Shown here one piece after another: positions 50,959 to 62,100 of a stretch of DNA of 64,000 bases. The notes below the pieces were generated by a model. It did not search any database. It saw nothing but the letters and a program-made list of their open reading frames with translations, and was not told the DNA's origin. Within the stretch, counting starts at the first letter, position 1. Every line of letters starts with the position of its first letter. Position numbers and translations under genes: made by a program. Origin of the DNA: Psammoneis japonica (taxonomy: Eukaryota); the NCBI GenBank assembly GCA_008632985.1, contig QPGO01000024.1, positions 449,848 to 513,847 on the forward strand, given 5' to 3'.

Positions 50959-52557
50959 TCATTTTTGTTCAGAAAATGGATATCTTGCAAAAACTTCATG
51001 CCCTTGCGGCTCGTCTGAACTCCCAACCAGTATACGTTCAACAGCCGCCCATGCACTCATAGCCCCTTGATCCGTACAGAGCCGCGCTGGAGGAACAAAA
51101 ATCTTCCAAGGTTCTGGTCTGTTGAAACAGAGAGCCTCCAACCGAGTCCGCAGCTCAGTATTGGCGGCTACTCCACCTACAACAGCAAGTTCCCTAATGC
51201 CGCAGTTTTCATCTTCCAATGCTGTCATGGCTCGATTCAATCGTTGTTCAATGTGTCAATAGCCACGTCTTGAAATGACGCTGCAATGTTTGCCTTGTCC
51301 TGATGGGATAAGTCCGAAACCGAGTCAACGTCACGTTCTTTTCGAAGCTTCTCTGCGGCAAGCATGACCGCAGTTTTGAGCCCAGCATACGAAAAATCGC
51401 AATCTTTACGTTTCTGCAGAGGAACTGGTAATGCCACCGCTTTTGGATCCCCGTCTTTCGCCAACCGTTCTACTGCAGGTCCACCACCGCCACCTACAGG
51501 CAAGCCCAAGAGTCTCGCTGTCTTATCAAAAGCTTCTCCTGTTTCGAATGAAAAGAAAGACTAGCAAATGAGCGAAATGATTTGTAGATACACATCAAGG
51601 ACCGGAGAGCGAACCCACGTAGTACGTACCCAACGAATCATCAAGCGTGCCCCCCATTATTGTGTATCGTCCAACCCCCATACACTGGAGGATTTGACAA
51701 TGTCCCCCAGAAACCAACAGGGCAAGAAACGGAAATTCTATGGCTCTCTCCAACTCATGAGTGGTTGACGTGGCTGGGGTCTGAATCATCATGTCCGTGG
51801 AATCGCCACTGGCAGCCGCTGGCATTCTCGCCATTAGAATATGTGCCTCCAAATGATGCACTCCAACAAAGGGTAGGTGATGCTTTATAGCCAAGTCGCG
51901 TGCCCTGTTGCATCCGACTCGTAGACATATTTCAAGACCAGGCCCTACCGTGACACCAATAGCATCCACCTGCGGTAGCGTAAGGTTTGCATTCTGCAGG
52001 GCCTCCGCAATGACTCGGTCAATCTGATCTTCGTGAGCGTCCCTCGCCAAGCCAGGGACGACACCGCCCCATTCCTCATGAATCTCATTCTGAGACGCTA
52101 GCGATTCACCTAATATGATACCGTCACTTGTAACAATCGCAGCCCCGGTGTCATCACAGCTACTCTCAATCCCCAGCACTGTGAAAGGTTTGGTACAATC
52201 TGGCAAACCAGACTTAGCTTCAAAAGAAAAGCCATCTGAGCCGCCCGGTTGATAAATATTTTTGAATTGACCTCGATCAACAGCCTTGGCCATTCCAATG
52301 AATTCGCGTCGCTTTTCCCGACTTGACTTTCCTCCACTTTTCCTTTGATGCATATTACTGGTCGAATTCACAGATGATACGTCGCTAATGTCCGCCGTCG
52401 AAGAGAGCAGGACCCGACTCGAGCCGACGAAGGCCGCTGGGGATCTTACTCGTGACGACACACACCAAGCTTTTCCGAGATGGCTGGCAGCCAAGAGCAT
52501 CGTGCTAACAGTCATGGCAATAAAACGGTGACTGATCACACGTGACTTGAGCGGCAT
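50959..52557 (-). CDS. tsaD: Organellar tRNA N6-threonylcarbamoyltransferase (TsaD/Qri7 family); intron 51629-51539; apparent 1-bp deletion near 51257
   Basis: LGIESSCDDTGAA, GGVVP..A...H, GPGL, VHHLEAH, LLVSGGH, TLDDSLGEAFDK, FSYAGLKT, GGVAAN, CTDQGAM. Confidence 0.92.
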
Positions 52558-53101
52558 GATCCGACAGCGTGCTATTGATGTTGGATGGGCTGTGCTTGAT
52601 GGAATGTTTTATGGTTGCCCTACAGAACGGCGTCAAAGTGATTTAGAAGTGGTGCCGACATACGCTCAAGGCTCGATGGCTTCGTCCTTTCTTTTCGCTC
52701 TGTCCTTCTTTCTCTGGATGAGCAGGTGAATTGGTGCCATTCACCATGGGCGGGCCGATGTTTCTTGGTGTTTGTTGTTGCTTGTTGCGGCAACGAACTA
52801 GCCCTACTCACTCGTATTGAGTGGCTCGGGGCATGTCTTTTGTGCGCGCATCGCGCGATCCAGTACTTTTTTGGCGCGCGATGGATGATGGACGTTTGAT
52901 CGACAGAGCTCAACTTCAACTTCGCCACGTAGTACACGATTCGCGTTGATTTCTACGCAACACCGTAACGACGCCATCCGACGATTTGAAGGACCGGGCG
53001 GTGTGAAACGACTGGCTTTTCTGACACCTTCTACATGGTACCGGTAGAGATACCATAGACTCACTTGCACAAACAACAAGCTCAACGGCGAGATTTCAAC
53101 A

Positions 53102-53761
53102 ATGAAGTGGTGCGGTGTGCTTGTCGTTTTGGTATTTTATACTGTCGATGCTTTCTCTCCATCACCTTTGTCGTCGATGCAACGCATCGCATGTCGGAAT
53201 ATCAAGTCGTCTTCATGTCGTCCGAGTCCTACAGCTTTTGTTGGACGGTTCGACCGACAGAGTGAACTCAACATGAAACTCTTGGACAGGTTTCGTAACA
53301 AAGAGAAAGGTACGGATGATAGTGAGGTGAAAGTGATGGAACCAAATGATACAGAGGCATCAGACGATGATGAAACGTGCATTGCTCCAGAGGATGTTGT
53401 TGAAAAGACGGAAACCGAAAACCTTATGGAACAAGTAAAGGAAGCCGGGTTAGCTGGTGTGATTAGTTACGCTCTTTGGGAGCTGGCATTTTGGGCTGTT
53501 TCTGTCCCAGTATGCGTTTTTGGTTACCGAGAAGTCACGGGACATTGGCCAGACTTTAATAATGCCGAAGACATGGAGAAGTTGGGGGCTGAAGCCTTTG
53601 CGTTTGTCAACTTTGCTCGGTTTGCCGTCCCTCTACGTATTGGGTTGGCCTTAAGCACAACTCCATGGATTGATGAAAACATTGTTCGAAGGTTCTTCAT
53701 GAAGGATGAAACGCCTGTCTGTGATCCCGCAGAGGAAACAACAGATGACGATGCCGAATGA
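53102..53761 (+). CDS. Conserved plastid-targeted membrane protein of unknown function
   Basis: Signal peptide plus VDA-FSP motif; hydrophobic core AGLAGVISYALWELAFW...ARFAVPLRIGLAL; normal composition. Confidence 0.8.
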   Translation: MKWCGVLVVLVFYTVDAFSPSPLSSMQRIACRNIKSSSCRPSPTAFVGRFDRQSELNMKLLDRFRNKEKGTDDSEVKVMEPNDTEASDDDETCIAPEDVVEKTETENLMEQVKEAGLAGVISYALWELAFWAVSVPVCVFGYREVTGHWPDFNNAEDMEKLGAEAFAFVNFARFAVPLRIGLALSTTPWIDENIVRRFFMKDETPVCDPAEETTDDDAE

Positions 53762-54309
53762 ATCAGAATATGACAGAAAGATGAGTTGAGAGGCAAGGCG
53801 ATATTAATTATATCGCTGAGACTGAGCGAATACTGACAGTTTGCGTTGTCACATAGTGTAGTAGCTTTCAGCCCAGCTCAAATCCCTTCTACTGTAAAAC
53901 GCCACAGCCAGCTATGTGGTTTTCCTATGCCTCCTCGCGCCCCAAGTGTGCGACATTCTCAGAAATACCTTTCCACTCTAGAGCAAAGTAGGAAACAAAT
54001 AGCTCTCAATGGAGCTAAACGTATTGATTGACGGTGAACTTCTGTGGCTAGCTTGAACATTGAGACAAGAGATAGTAGCAACCAACAAAACTCTATGTAT
54101 CCAAGCCGATGGGAGCCTCTGCTCCAAGCAGTAAGCACTTTGGGGCGTAAAGTACTTTGGATTACATGGAGGGTGGAGTGGAAAACGCACTAAAAGAATA
54201 CAAGTGGGAAGAATACCCAAGCGGGAAAGAAAGAAACATCTTCGAGCTCGATGTTTTGGAGCTCGATGGTTGATCTGAATCATCTGCTCTTTTATTTGCG
54301 CAATAATCC

Positions 54310-55131
54310 ATGATGTCCATGATTTCCAACAGGTTGGTGGCGATGACGATGACACACGCGCGCCCAAGGAACCTCATACAGTACTTTTGCAAGAAGATCA
54401 TAATGATTCCTATGCAACTCAGGTGCACCAACGTTCTCATCCTTTTCGTCATCACGCTGTCTGTCGTCGCCGCAGAAAGATGCTTCTTTGGAACAACGGC
54501 GGCCTTCGTTTCCGTACCATCTCGATCGCAGCGCTCGCCGATCCGTCTAATGGCGGCGCTTGGTGATCCAGTTTGCCACTATCGGCAAGTCCCCATAGAA
54601 ACGTCCCAACGAGGACCACCGAAGCAAAAGATCAGTGTTGAAGACTTAACTCCCACTGTAGCATCACTTCTGGAGGAAAGTGGCATGCAGAATGGGGTTG
54701 CTGTTGTAATCAGCAGGCACACGACCACTGCTGTCACGATTAACGAACGTGAAAATCGGCTAGCGCAAGATATGGAACGTTTCTTTCTATCACTTGCGCC
54801 TCCCGACGAGAGATCTTCCTCTGAGGCAGCAACGGCGGGAGTCGCATATTTTCATAATGACATTGACAAACGGCCTGACGGAAAAGAGGAGGCACAACGC
54901 TGCCTCGATAATGGCTGGAACATTACGGATCCAGTAGTGCTCGAAAGGTGGCGAGCGCAGGAACCAATCAACGCACATTCACATCTACTCTCTATGCTTC
55001 TCGGGAGCTCAGAGAGTATCCCAGTTGTGGACGGCAAGATGGTAATCGGTCAATGGCAGAGTATCCTGCTCGTGGATCTTGATGGCCCACGCGATAGAAC
55101 CGTCGGGATTCAGTTCCTTGGTCACAAATAG
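54310..55131 (+). CDS. yjbQ: YjbQ/UPF0047 family protein
   Basis: SRHTTTAVTINERE, NAHSHL, GQWQSILLVDLDGPR.R; true start probably at a downstream Met (about 54412). Confidence 0.9.
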   Translation: MMSMISNRLVAMTMTHARPRNLIQYFCKKIIMIPMQLRCTNVLILFVITLSVVAAERCFFGTTAAFVSVPSRSQRSPIRLMAALGDPVCHYRQVPIETSQRGPPKQKISVEDLTPTVASLLEESGMQNGVAVVISRHTTTAVTINERENRLAQDMERFFLSLAPPDERSSSEAATAGVAYFHNDIDKRPDGKEEAQRCLDNGWNITDPVVLERWRAQEPINAHSHLLSMLLGSSESIPVVDGKMVIGQWQSILLVDLDGPRDRTVGIQFLGHK

Positions 55132-55619
55132 CAATCTGTTGGTCAAACGAAATCCTATCTTTTGCTTTCTTAAGCCTTACGTTTGTACACATAGATTTGC
55201 CCACGACGATGATTCTGTCACTTCCTACAGTCTTTGATCCGTAGGGAAGAAAGGAAATGTAAGAATCGAATGATGGCATGGCTTTTATTTCGTCGACGGT
55301 GTGTTGGTCCAGTGGCTCTACTTTAGACGTCCTCGCGACAATTGACCAAACAAGAATTAAACTACCCACGTTGCTTCGACTACAAGACATAGCATATAGG
55401 AGCTGTGTTCCTGCACTTATAACGTCCTCTTCTAGAAGCAATCTATGAATTTGAACTGTTGAGAATCTTGCTCTCTCTCGTCGGGACACGTCAAAGCTAC
55501 CCTTGACTATTTCTCTGCGATCTGCCATGAGCATCGTTGCATGCTGTAATCCAATACAAGGTATTGAGGTCGGTGATACCTCCTCGTTGCACAATCCCGT
55601 GGTTGTGTTTGTTCCGAGG

Positions 55620-58600
55620 CTAAGCCCACTGGGGACCTTTATCCTTATTGTTCTCGGACCACTCACGTGGAAGTTGTGATATCATCACTCGTGGCTTTCT
55701 TACTCGAGCAGTTTCAGGAATCTCGTCCAGAGCAGGGGCGACAAGTGCCCGGTATTGATCACTTGATGCAGATTTTCGAAGTCTATCTAAAACGAAATTG
55801 CTCAGTTTTCCGTTCTCACAGCAAATGTTGAAAGCTCTTTCAACATTGGATTCTCTCACATCTCTAGGGAGTGACAGTCGTCCGGCAGCCTCGATGAACC
55901 AGCCGAATGTCAGACTTGACGGCTGCATACTTTCTGACGCAACTAATCGATCAAAAATTGACCGAGCTACGAAGAAGGACTTATTCTTCTCTCTGGCATG
56001 CCCATTTGCGAAAGCACATGTGTTAATGACCAGGGCATATGCGTGTTCATTGCGTTCAACCTTCTTGTTTCCCTGGCGGTGCTGAGATTCCATTCTACGT
56101 AGAACCCCAAGGGCCCTTTTTATCTTCTCGCGTTTGCCGCTTCTTGACCAAGTAGAAAGAGCCAATCCGTAGCTTCGCGTTTCTGGTTGCATTTCTTTCA
56201 CTCCTGAAGCATACAGGGATTCCATTTCCTCTAACCTCATGTCGACCCGTTCTCCTGCATCCTCGTGTCCAGATAAGGACCATGCGTGCATCACGGCATT
56301 CAAGGTGCTGGAGTCAGGGCGCAATCCAGGAATTTCACCCTCATCGCAGAGGCGCCTCATAACCTTCAGGAGACGGTCGGCTGCTTCCCCAGCATCAGCG
56401 TTTTTGCTATAGGCGAAAACTTCTATGACGGATTCGAACGAAAAGTTGTTGGGAGCCAAGCCGTCGTAAGCCGTTTGCTTGTAAAGAACTAACATTCGAT
56501 TCAAGAGATACTCCGCACGGTAAGGAAAGTCTGGAGCCTTGTCCCTCGAGAAGCGATAAAACCCAATGATGTGGTTGAAACACCTAGCGTCGGGCGAGAC
56601 TTCGGGATTTTCGACCTCGCAGTATTCAATTAAGCGTTCTAGGATTGCTTCGGCTCGTTTACCATTCCCCTTAGCTTTCGTTTTGGTCCATGCGCTGATG
56701 GCAGCGTTGAAGGTAAATGCGTCCGGCGCCGCGTCTTTGTCGCCCTGGTTGTACAAGTTAAGCATATAGTATAGCAATTGTTCTGCCCTTTCTGGGTATT
56801 TTCCCCGCGTCAAACAGTCCATGACAGCATTGTATGTTCTACAATTGGGCTTCACGGCCGGGTAACCCTCTTCATGGCGATGTATCATGTGCGAAAGAAT
56901 TTGGGCACATCGAGCTGGCGCAATCTTTTGCCCACTTTGCGCCCATGTGCTACACAAAATAGTATAGTGATAAACATCGGGTGGACTATCAATGTCACCG
57001 TTCTCATACAATTCTTCCATCTCCCTCACAAGTCTGTCACCCTTTTCTGGTTCGATTGTCCGTTGATAGCACGCAAGAACTGCTGCATAGCTGTAAATAT
57101 CTGGTTTGGTATTTGCCCCCTCCTGGTGCATCTTATACATACGATGAAGCAAATCATGTGCAGCCTGTGCGGCATCAGGTCGTCCTGATCGCGAATATGC
57201 GTTCAATACCATGTTCCAGCTTCGAACGGTGGGACGAAGCGATTCCTGACCATCAGCAGCATATGCTTCCATGCGGTTTACAATAGCCATGGCACGATCC
57301 ACTGCCCCGATTTGTCCAAGTGATCGAAGTACACAATTGAATGATTCGAAATCTAACTCCACATTTGCTGGAGCGGCGCTTGAAATTTCTCTTTTTCGCT
57401 TCAGCTCCTCCGTTGCCCGTGCTTCCAACCGTTCTAGAAGAGACTCTGCACGTTCAGCAGCTTTGGTGGAGTTGCTGCATCTGACGGCCGTAAAAATTGT
57501 CAATGAATAGCTTAGACGATCGGGTTCCACGTCATAACCGCCTTCACTTACATCGAGCTCCATTCTTTTCAGAAACTGCTCTGCTTCATCTATCAACTCG
57601 TTATCGGGACTGTTGCAGAAGGCACTGATCATGGCGTTGAAGTTAATAACATTCGGTTTCAAAAGCGCATCCTCGCCCCCCTCGTACGAATCAAACATTT
57701 GCTGCAACACTTCCATTGCCTTGGAAGCGGAATCTGGCAAGCCGCTCCTGGCGTAGACGGACTGAAGCGCCGAGTAAGAGTAGACATTTCTCTTCACTTT
57801 AAGTTCATCCATCATGTCGAAGAGTTCCTGAGCGCGTTTAGCTCGATTTGGAGACTTGCATCTTCCATAGCAGTCAATCAAGGAGGAGAAAGTGACACTA
57901 TCTGGCTTCATATTTTCGTCTCCGGTCATTTTGTACGATTCCATCATGTCTCCAAACGCCTTTTCCGCCATTCGAGCTGCCACATCGGGTTCACCAGCTT
58001 TAGCCCACGCATTAATAAGAGTATTGTAGCTCACGTTTGACGGTGCTATCGCTTCATCGCCGGTTTGCTTGTACATTTCAACCATACCATCATGGATGTG
58101 CTGTGCGCGTTGTGCCACACCCTTCTGTCCAGATTTCGCCCATGCATCAATTGCCTTTCGTAAGAGGGAAGTAACGACGCCTACAGGTGAGCTACACTTG
58201 AAATCTTAAGTACAATAGTAGCCAAAAGGTGATTCACAACAAGGCTTACCATCGTGTAGAGACGCGTAGAAACTTCTATGCTTTTATTCCCTTCTCGCAT
58301 GTCGTCTACTACGCGTTTCCTTTTCACGGGGGGCACCGAAAATAACCGAAAAGAACCAAAATACTGAATTAGCAAGGATGAAACGAAGATAGATGCAACC
58401 ATAACAAGCGAAATACCAATATCGCACTTACAGCAGCTTTTCTACCACAAGAGCAGCATCAACTGATTTCCTCTTCGCCCATGCAGTCATGATTCCTGCA
58501 ATGGTGTCAACGTCATCCATAGTCAACGATCCCAACGGGAACTTTTCAAAGTCTAAGATGGCCTCAGTGCCTTGTTCCAACCATTTTTTGTTTCTTTCCG

Positions 58601-58814
58601 AGAACGACGATGAAGGGGACTCTTCCAAAAAAGACTCATCTAACCCTTCGAAATCATGAATGAATTCCTTGTCAACAGAAACAGCGATCTTCGTTGATCT
58701 ACTCACAAGAAAAGTTCTATACCCCACAATGGAAGCGGCTCGACCTCCATAGGTAAAACTTACTGCGAAATCTCTATTCAATATCGCACTTAAGGCTACC
58801 CAGCGAATGAACAT
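55620..58814 (-). CDS. Pentatricopeptide repeat protein; exons 58814-58432, 58319-58250, 58154-55620
   Basis: Many P(D/N)xxSY/TFNxxIxAWxK repeats; two GT-AG introns keep the frame (KLL-KRVV, YTM-AIDAW). Confidence 0.92.
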
Positions 58815-59189
58815 AGTTGTGATACATCCATCCAGAGCCCAACTCTCTCTCTCTCTCCCTCACTCTTGCAACGCCAATAACAGCAGCATTATTTCTGTTT
58901 GGGTGTGCGATATAGCATCCAGCATCCAGCGCACGCAAAAGCAACGCACGCAAGGAGAATCCTCATCGCAGTGTGGCAGTCTGTCTGTTTCTAGCTACGC
59001 ATCGCGTGTTACTGTATTTTCTACTTTGGTCCGTCGATCCGCGAGCCGCGACCAGACATGCAGCCAGCCAATGGTGCGGAATGCACCATTGATCCAGCCG
59101 TGCTCTCTCTCCAACGTGAGTCTCTACTCTAAGCCAGAGCTGCGGTGCTCTCTGCTCCACTCTAAGCCAGCTAGAGAGGGCCCTGGAAC

Positions 59190-62100
59190 ATGGCATGCAT
59201 CTGCCGTTCTCTTGTTCGAGTGCTCACACACACCCGAAGGTCACAGCACGCAACAAATGCCAGTGCACATGCCCGAGACAGAGGAGAGTGGGACAGATCC
59301 ATTGATCAAAAAAGGTCTGATCTAGATTGCCAGCAGCATGTCAAGCAAGAGAAGTGCGCGCAATTGCATGCACACATGTGTGTGCCAACAGTGCAGACAG
59401 TGGGGGAGGTGCTCTCTGCGTGTGTTGCGCCGCTCCTGTGCATTTTGTGCTCGCCAACGGCTGCGCCACATGCACCGCACCATGGCAGATTGCAACCCTG
59501 AGCACCTGACAGCACAGCTGGCCATGGTTGACCACAGCAAGCAATGCATGAAAAGGAGCTGCAAAAGCACCAGATGATTTTGTGATTTTCAGAGTCAAGC
59601 CCCAGCGCCCAAAAGCTTGCTTTCTTTGCCACTGGACCTCTCCTTGAGGCACACAGCACATTGTCAACATCATCCACAGTGCCAGCTCAACATGAAACCA
59701 GAAGATGTCAAGCACACATTTGTGTGCTCAGCTCATGAAGGCTCTGTTGAAAAGCTGCAGACCCAGTGCACTCTGCACCAGATTTGGGAGAGGTGCTTGT
59801 GTGGCTGCTCAACTCTCTCCAGTGCGCTCTCTTTGTCTCACATGCCAAACACAGCATTGAGTTTGTCAAGGAAATGTTGCAAAAGAAAAGTGCTGCAGTG
59901 AAAACAAAAGGTCAACACACACCATCCTGGAAGGTGTTTTTTGGAAAGCTGGGTGTGTGTCACTCTGTGCTGGGCCCAAAAGAGCTTGAGAGAGACAGAG
60001 CTGCAAACAATGCTGCAAATGTTGTTGCAGGTCTGCCTGCAATTGGCTGACAGCACTTTGCAGTGCATGAAAGGGGAGCCCAAGTGATGCCATTTCAATG
60101 TTGCACTGCACTCAGGTTGGCCCAGACTTGCAACAATTTTCTCCACCTTTCAAGTGCTTTTGCAGAGCCAGCAAACACTTCAATGAGGGTCATCACAAAA
60201 CATGAAACAGCTGCAAGGGCCTCCAACTGCTCTCCCCAGCTTGATTGTGCAACTTGTTTGTTGTTGAAGCTGTGATGTTGGTGTGTGTGTTTCTGGACTC
60301 ACTGGAGAGAAAACATGACAGCTGCTGGCAAGGAAGCTGAGCCAGAGCCAAAGGTTGCTGCACTGCAAGAAGAGCTGCTTCATCTGCCTTGTTCAAAGTG
60401 GGAGATGATGAACAACTTCAAAAGCACCAGAGAGAGGAGTTTGGCATCAAGAGCATCCTCCAAAAAGAGCTGCCCACAAAAGAGAAAGTCTTGGAGCTGG
60501 CTTTTCATGTGTTTGAAAAACAGAGCTGAGATGAAAACAATGCTGTGGTGTGACAATGAGTCTGTCTCAAAGTGCCCCAAGAATTTGCTGCATGGCAGTG
60601 GTCTCTTGTGGATTGCAAGAAAGAAACTCAGTCAGGTGAACAGAGAGGCACCAAAGCAGCATTGAGTTGCCTTCTCAGAGACCAGCTTTTCTTTCTCATC
60701 AATCACAGAAGTTGCGCAAGCAGTCAAAGAAGCATTGACAGCAAACAAGCTGAGGCAAGCAACTGCTCACATGACTCAACTCTGTCTGGCAGGGATGTGT
60801 TCTCAACACGCAGGCTGTGCCGCCAATGTGCAGAGTTGCTGCCCAAAGAGCAAGGTGCACAGCACCCTTCCTCTCTCATTTTTCAAGCAAGCTCCTGCCC
60901 CTTGATCCTGACAAGCACGGCAGTGCACAACCAAATTGTGCACTCTCTTCTCCTTTGCACCAACCAGTGTGCAGTGCATCCGAGATGCAAGACTTGACAA
61001 GGAGACCACAAAATTGTCAGGCACACTGCAATGGTGCAGCATCTGCATGACCCTGGCAGATGAACACTTTGGTAGCTGCCTCATTCCCAGTGGGGTGCAA
61101 ATGGCCAAACAACAAAGAGAAAAATGGAACTTGCCATCCCATGTTGCGCCGTTCAGTGTTTTTGTGGTTGCACAATGATTCGTTGGGTTGCTTGTGTTCA
61201 ATGCTTGTCATGTGCAGTTGCGGCAGGTGTGTGTCTGTCAATGTTTTCTGTGCAATCTTCTTTCTTCTTGCATGGGCACGGGCACACACACGGGTGCCAG
61301 AAAAAACACTGCCATGCTTCCCACCCTTGGCAATGCATTCACTCCACCCAACTTGCTGCAAACATCAACAGCCTTCACACCACCTGCGCCCGAGTCACTT
61401 CCTCCCTTCCTGTCACATCTCTCACCCCTGAACACATGGAACTCATCAAACAACTCCACCCACTGCACAAACACCTGCCCCTTCCTTCAACTCCATCCAC
61501 CCGACATCACCGCCCTGCCTCCACCCCTTTACACTTCACCACGGATGACCTTCAGAAAGCACCAGCCAAATGCCAGCCTGGCAAAGCACCAGGGGTGCCT
61601 CTGCCAACTCCACCGACCTGTTAAAAGCCTGCACCCTTCACCATTGCTCTGTGCCAACATTTTTCTCTCACCCTTGTCTGCTTGCTTTTAAGCAACTCCT
61701 CAACCTCATCCTTGCCGCAGACATCCCCACATCTGTCAAGCCTGCTTTCTCATCCAACCACTTCCTCACCCTGCACAAAGACAAATCCATCCTCTCTAAA
61801 CTCTGCCCAATCGGCATCGGCACTGCCTTGTGACGGATCGTCTGCACCCTCATCATGTTCCTTCTTGCCACCACCTTTGCTGCCAACCTCCTCCTCTCTG
61901 GCCAATTTGGAGTTGGTGTCAAAGGCGGCCTCATCGAACATTTCTTCTAACCTGAATCTACACCAACAAAGGCTCTCCCACTCCTCGACCTCTCCAACTG
62001 TTTCAATGAATGCTCTCACAACACTTGCCATGACACCCTTGTCAACTCAGAGGAATGCCATTCCATTGCACCTTTCTTCAACCCACTTCATCACAACCCC

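Noticed and set aside
48205..58814. Functional cluster of RNA/nucleotide-handling genes (Maf, TsaD, YjbQ, PPR) as the cause of the TpA signature
   Set aside because: These are ordinary, mostly organelle-targeted housekeeping genes in mixed orientation; none is a DNA deaminase or methyltransferase.
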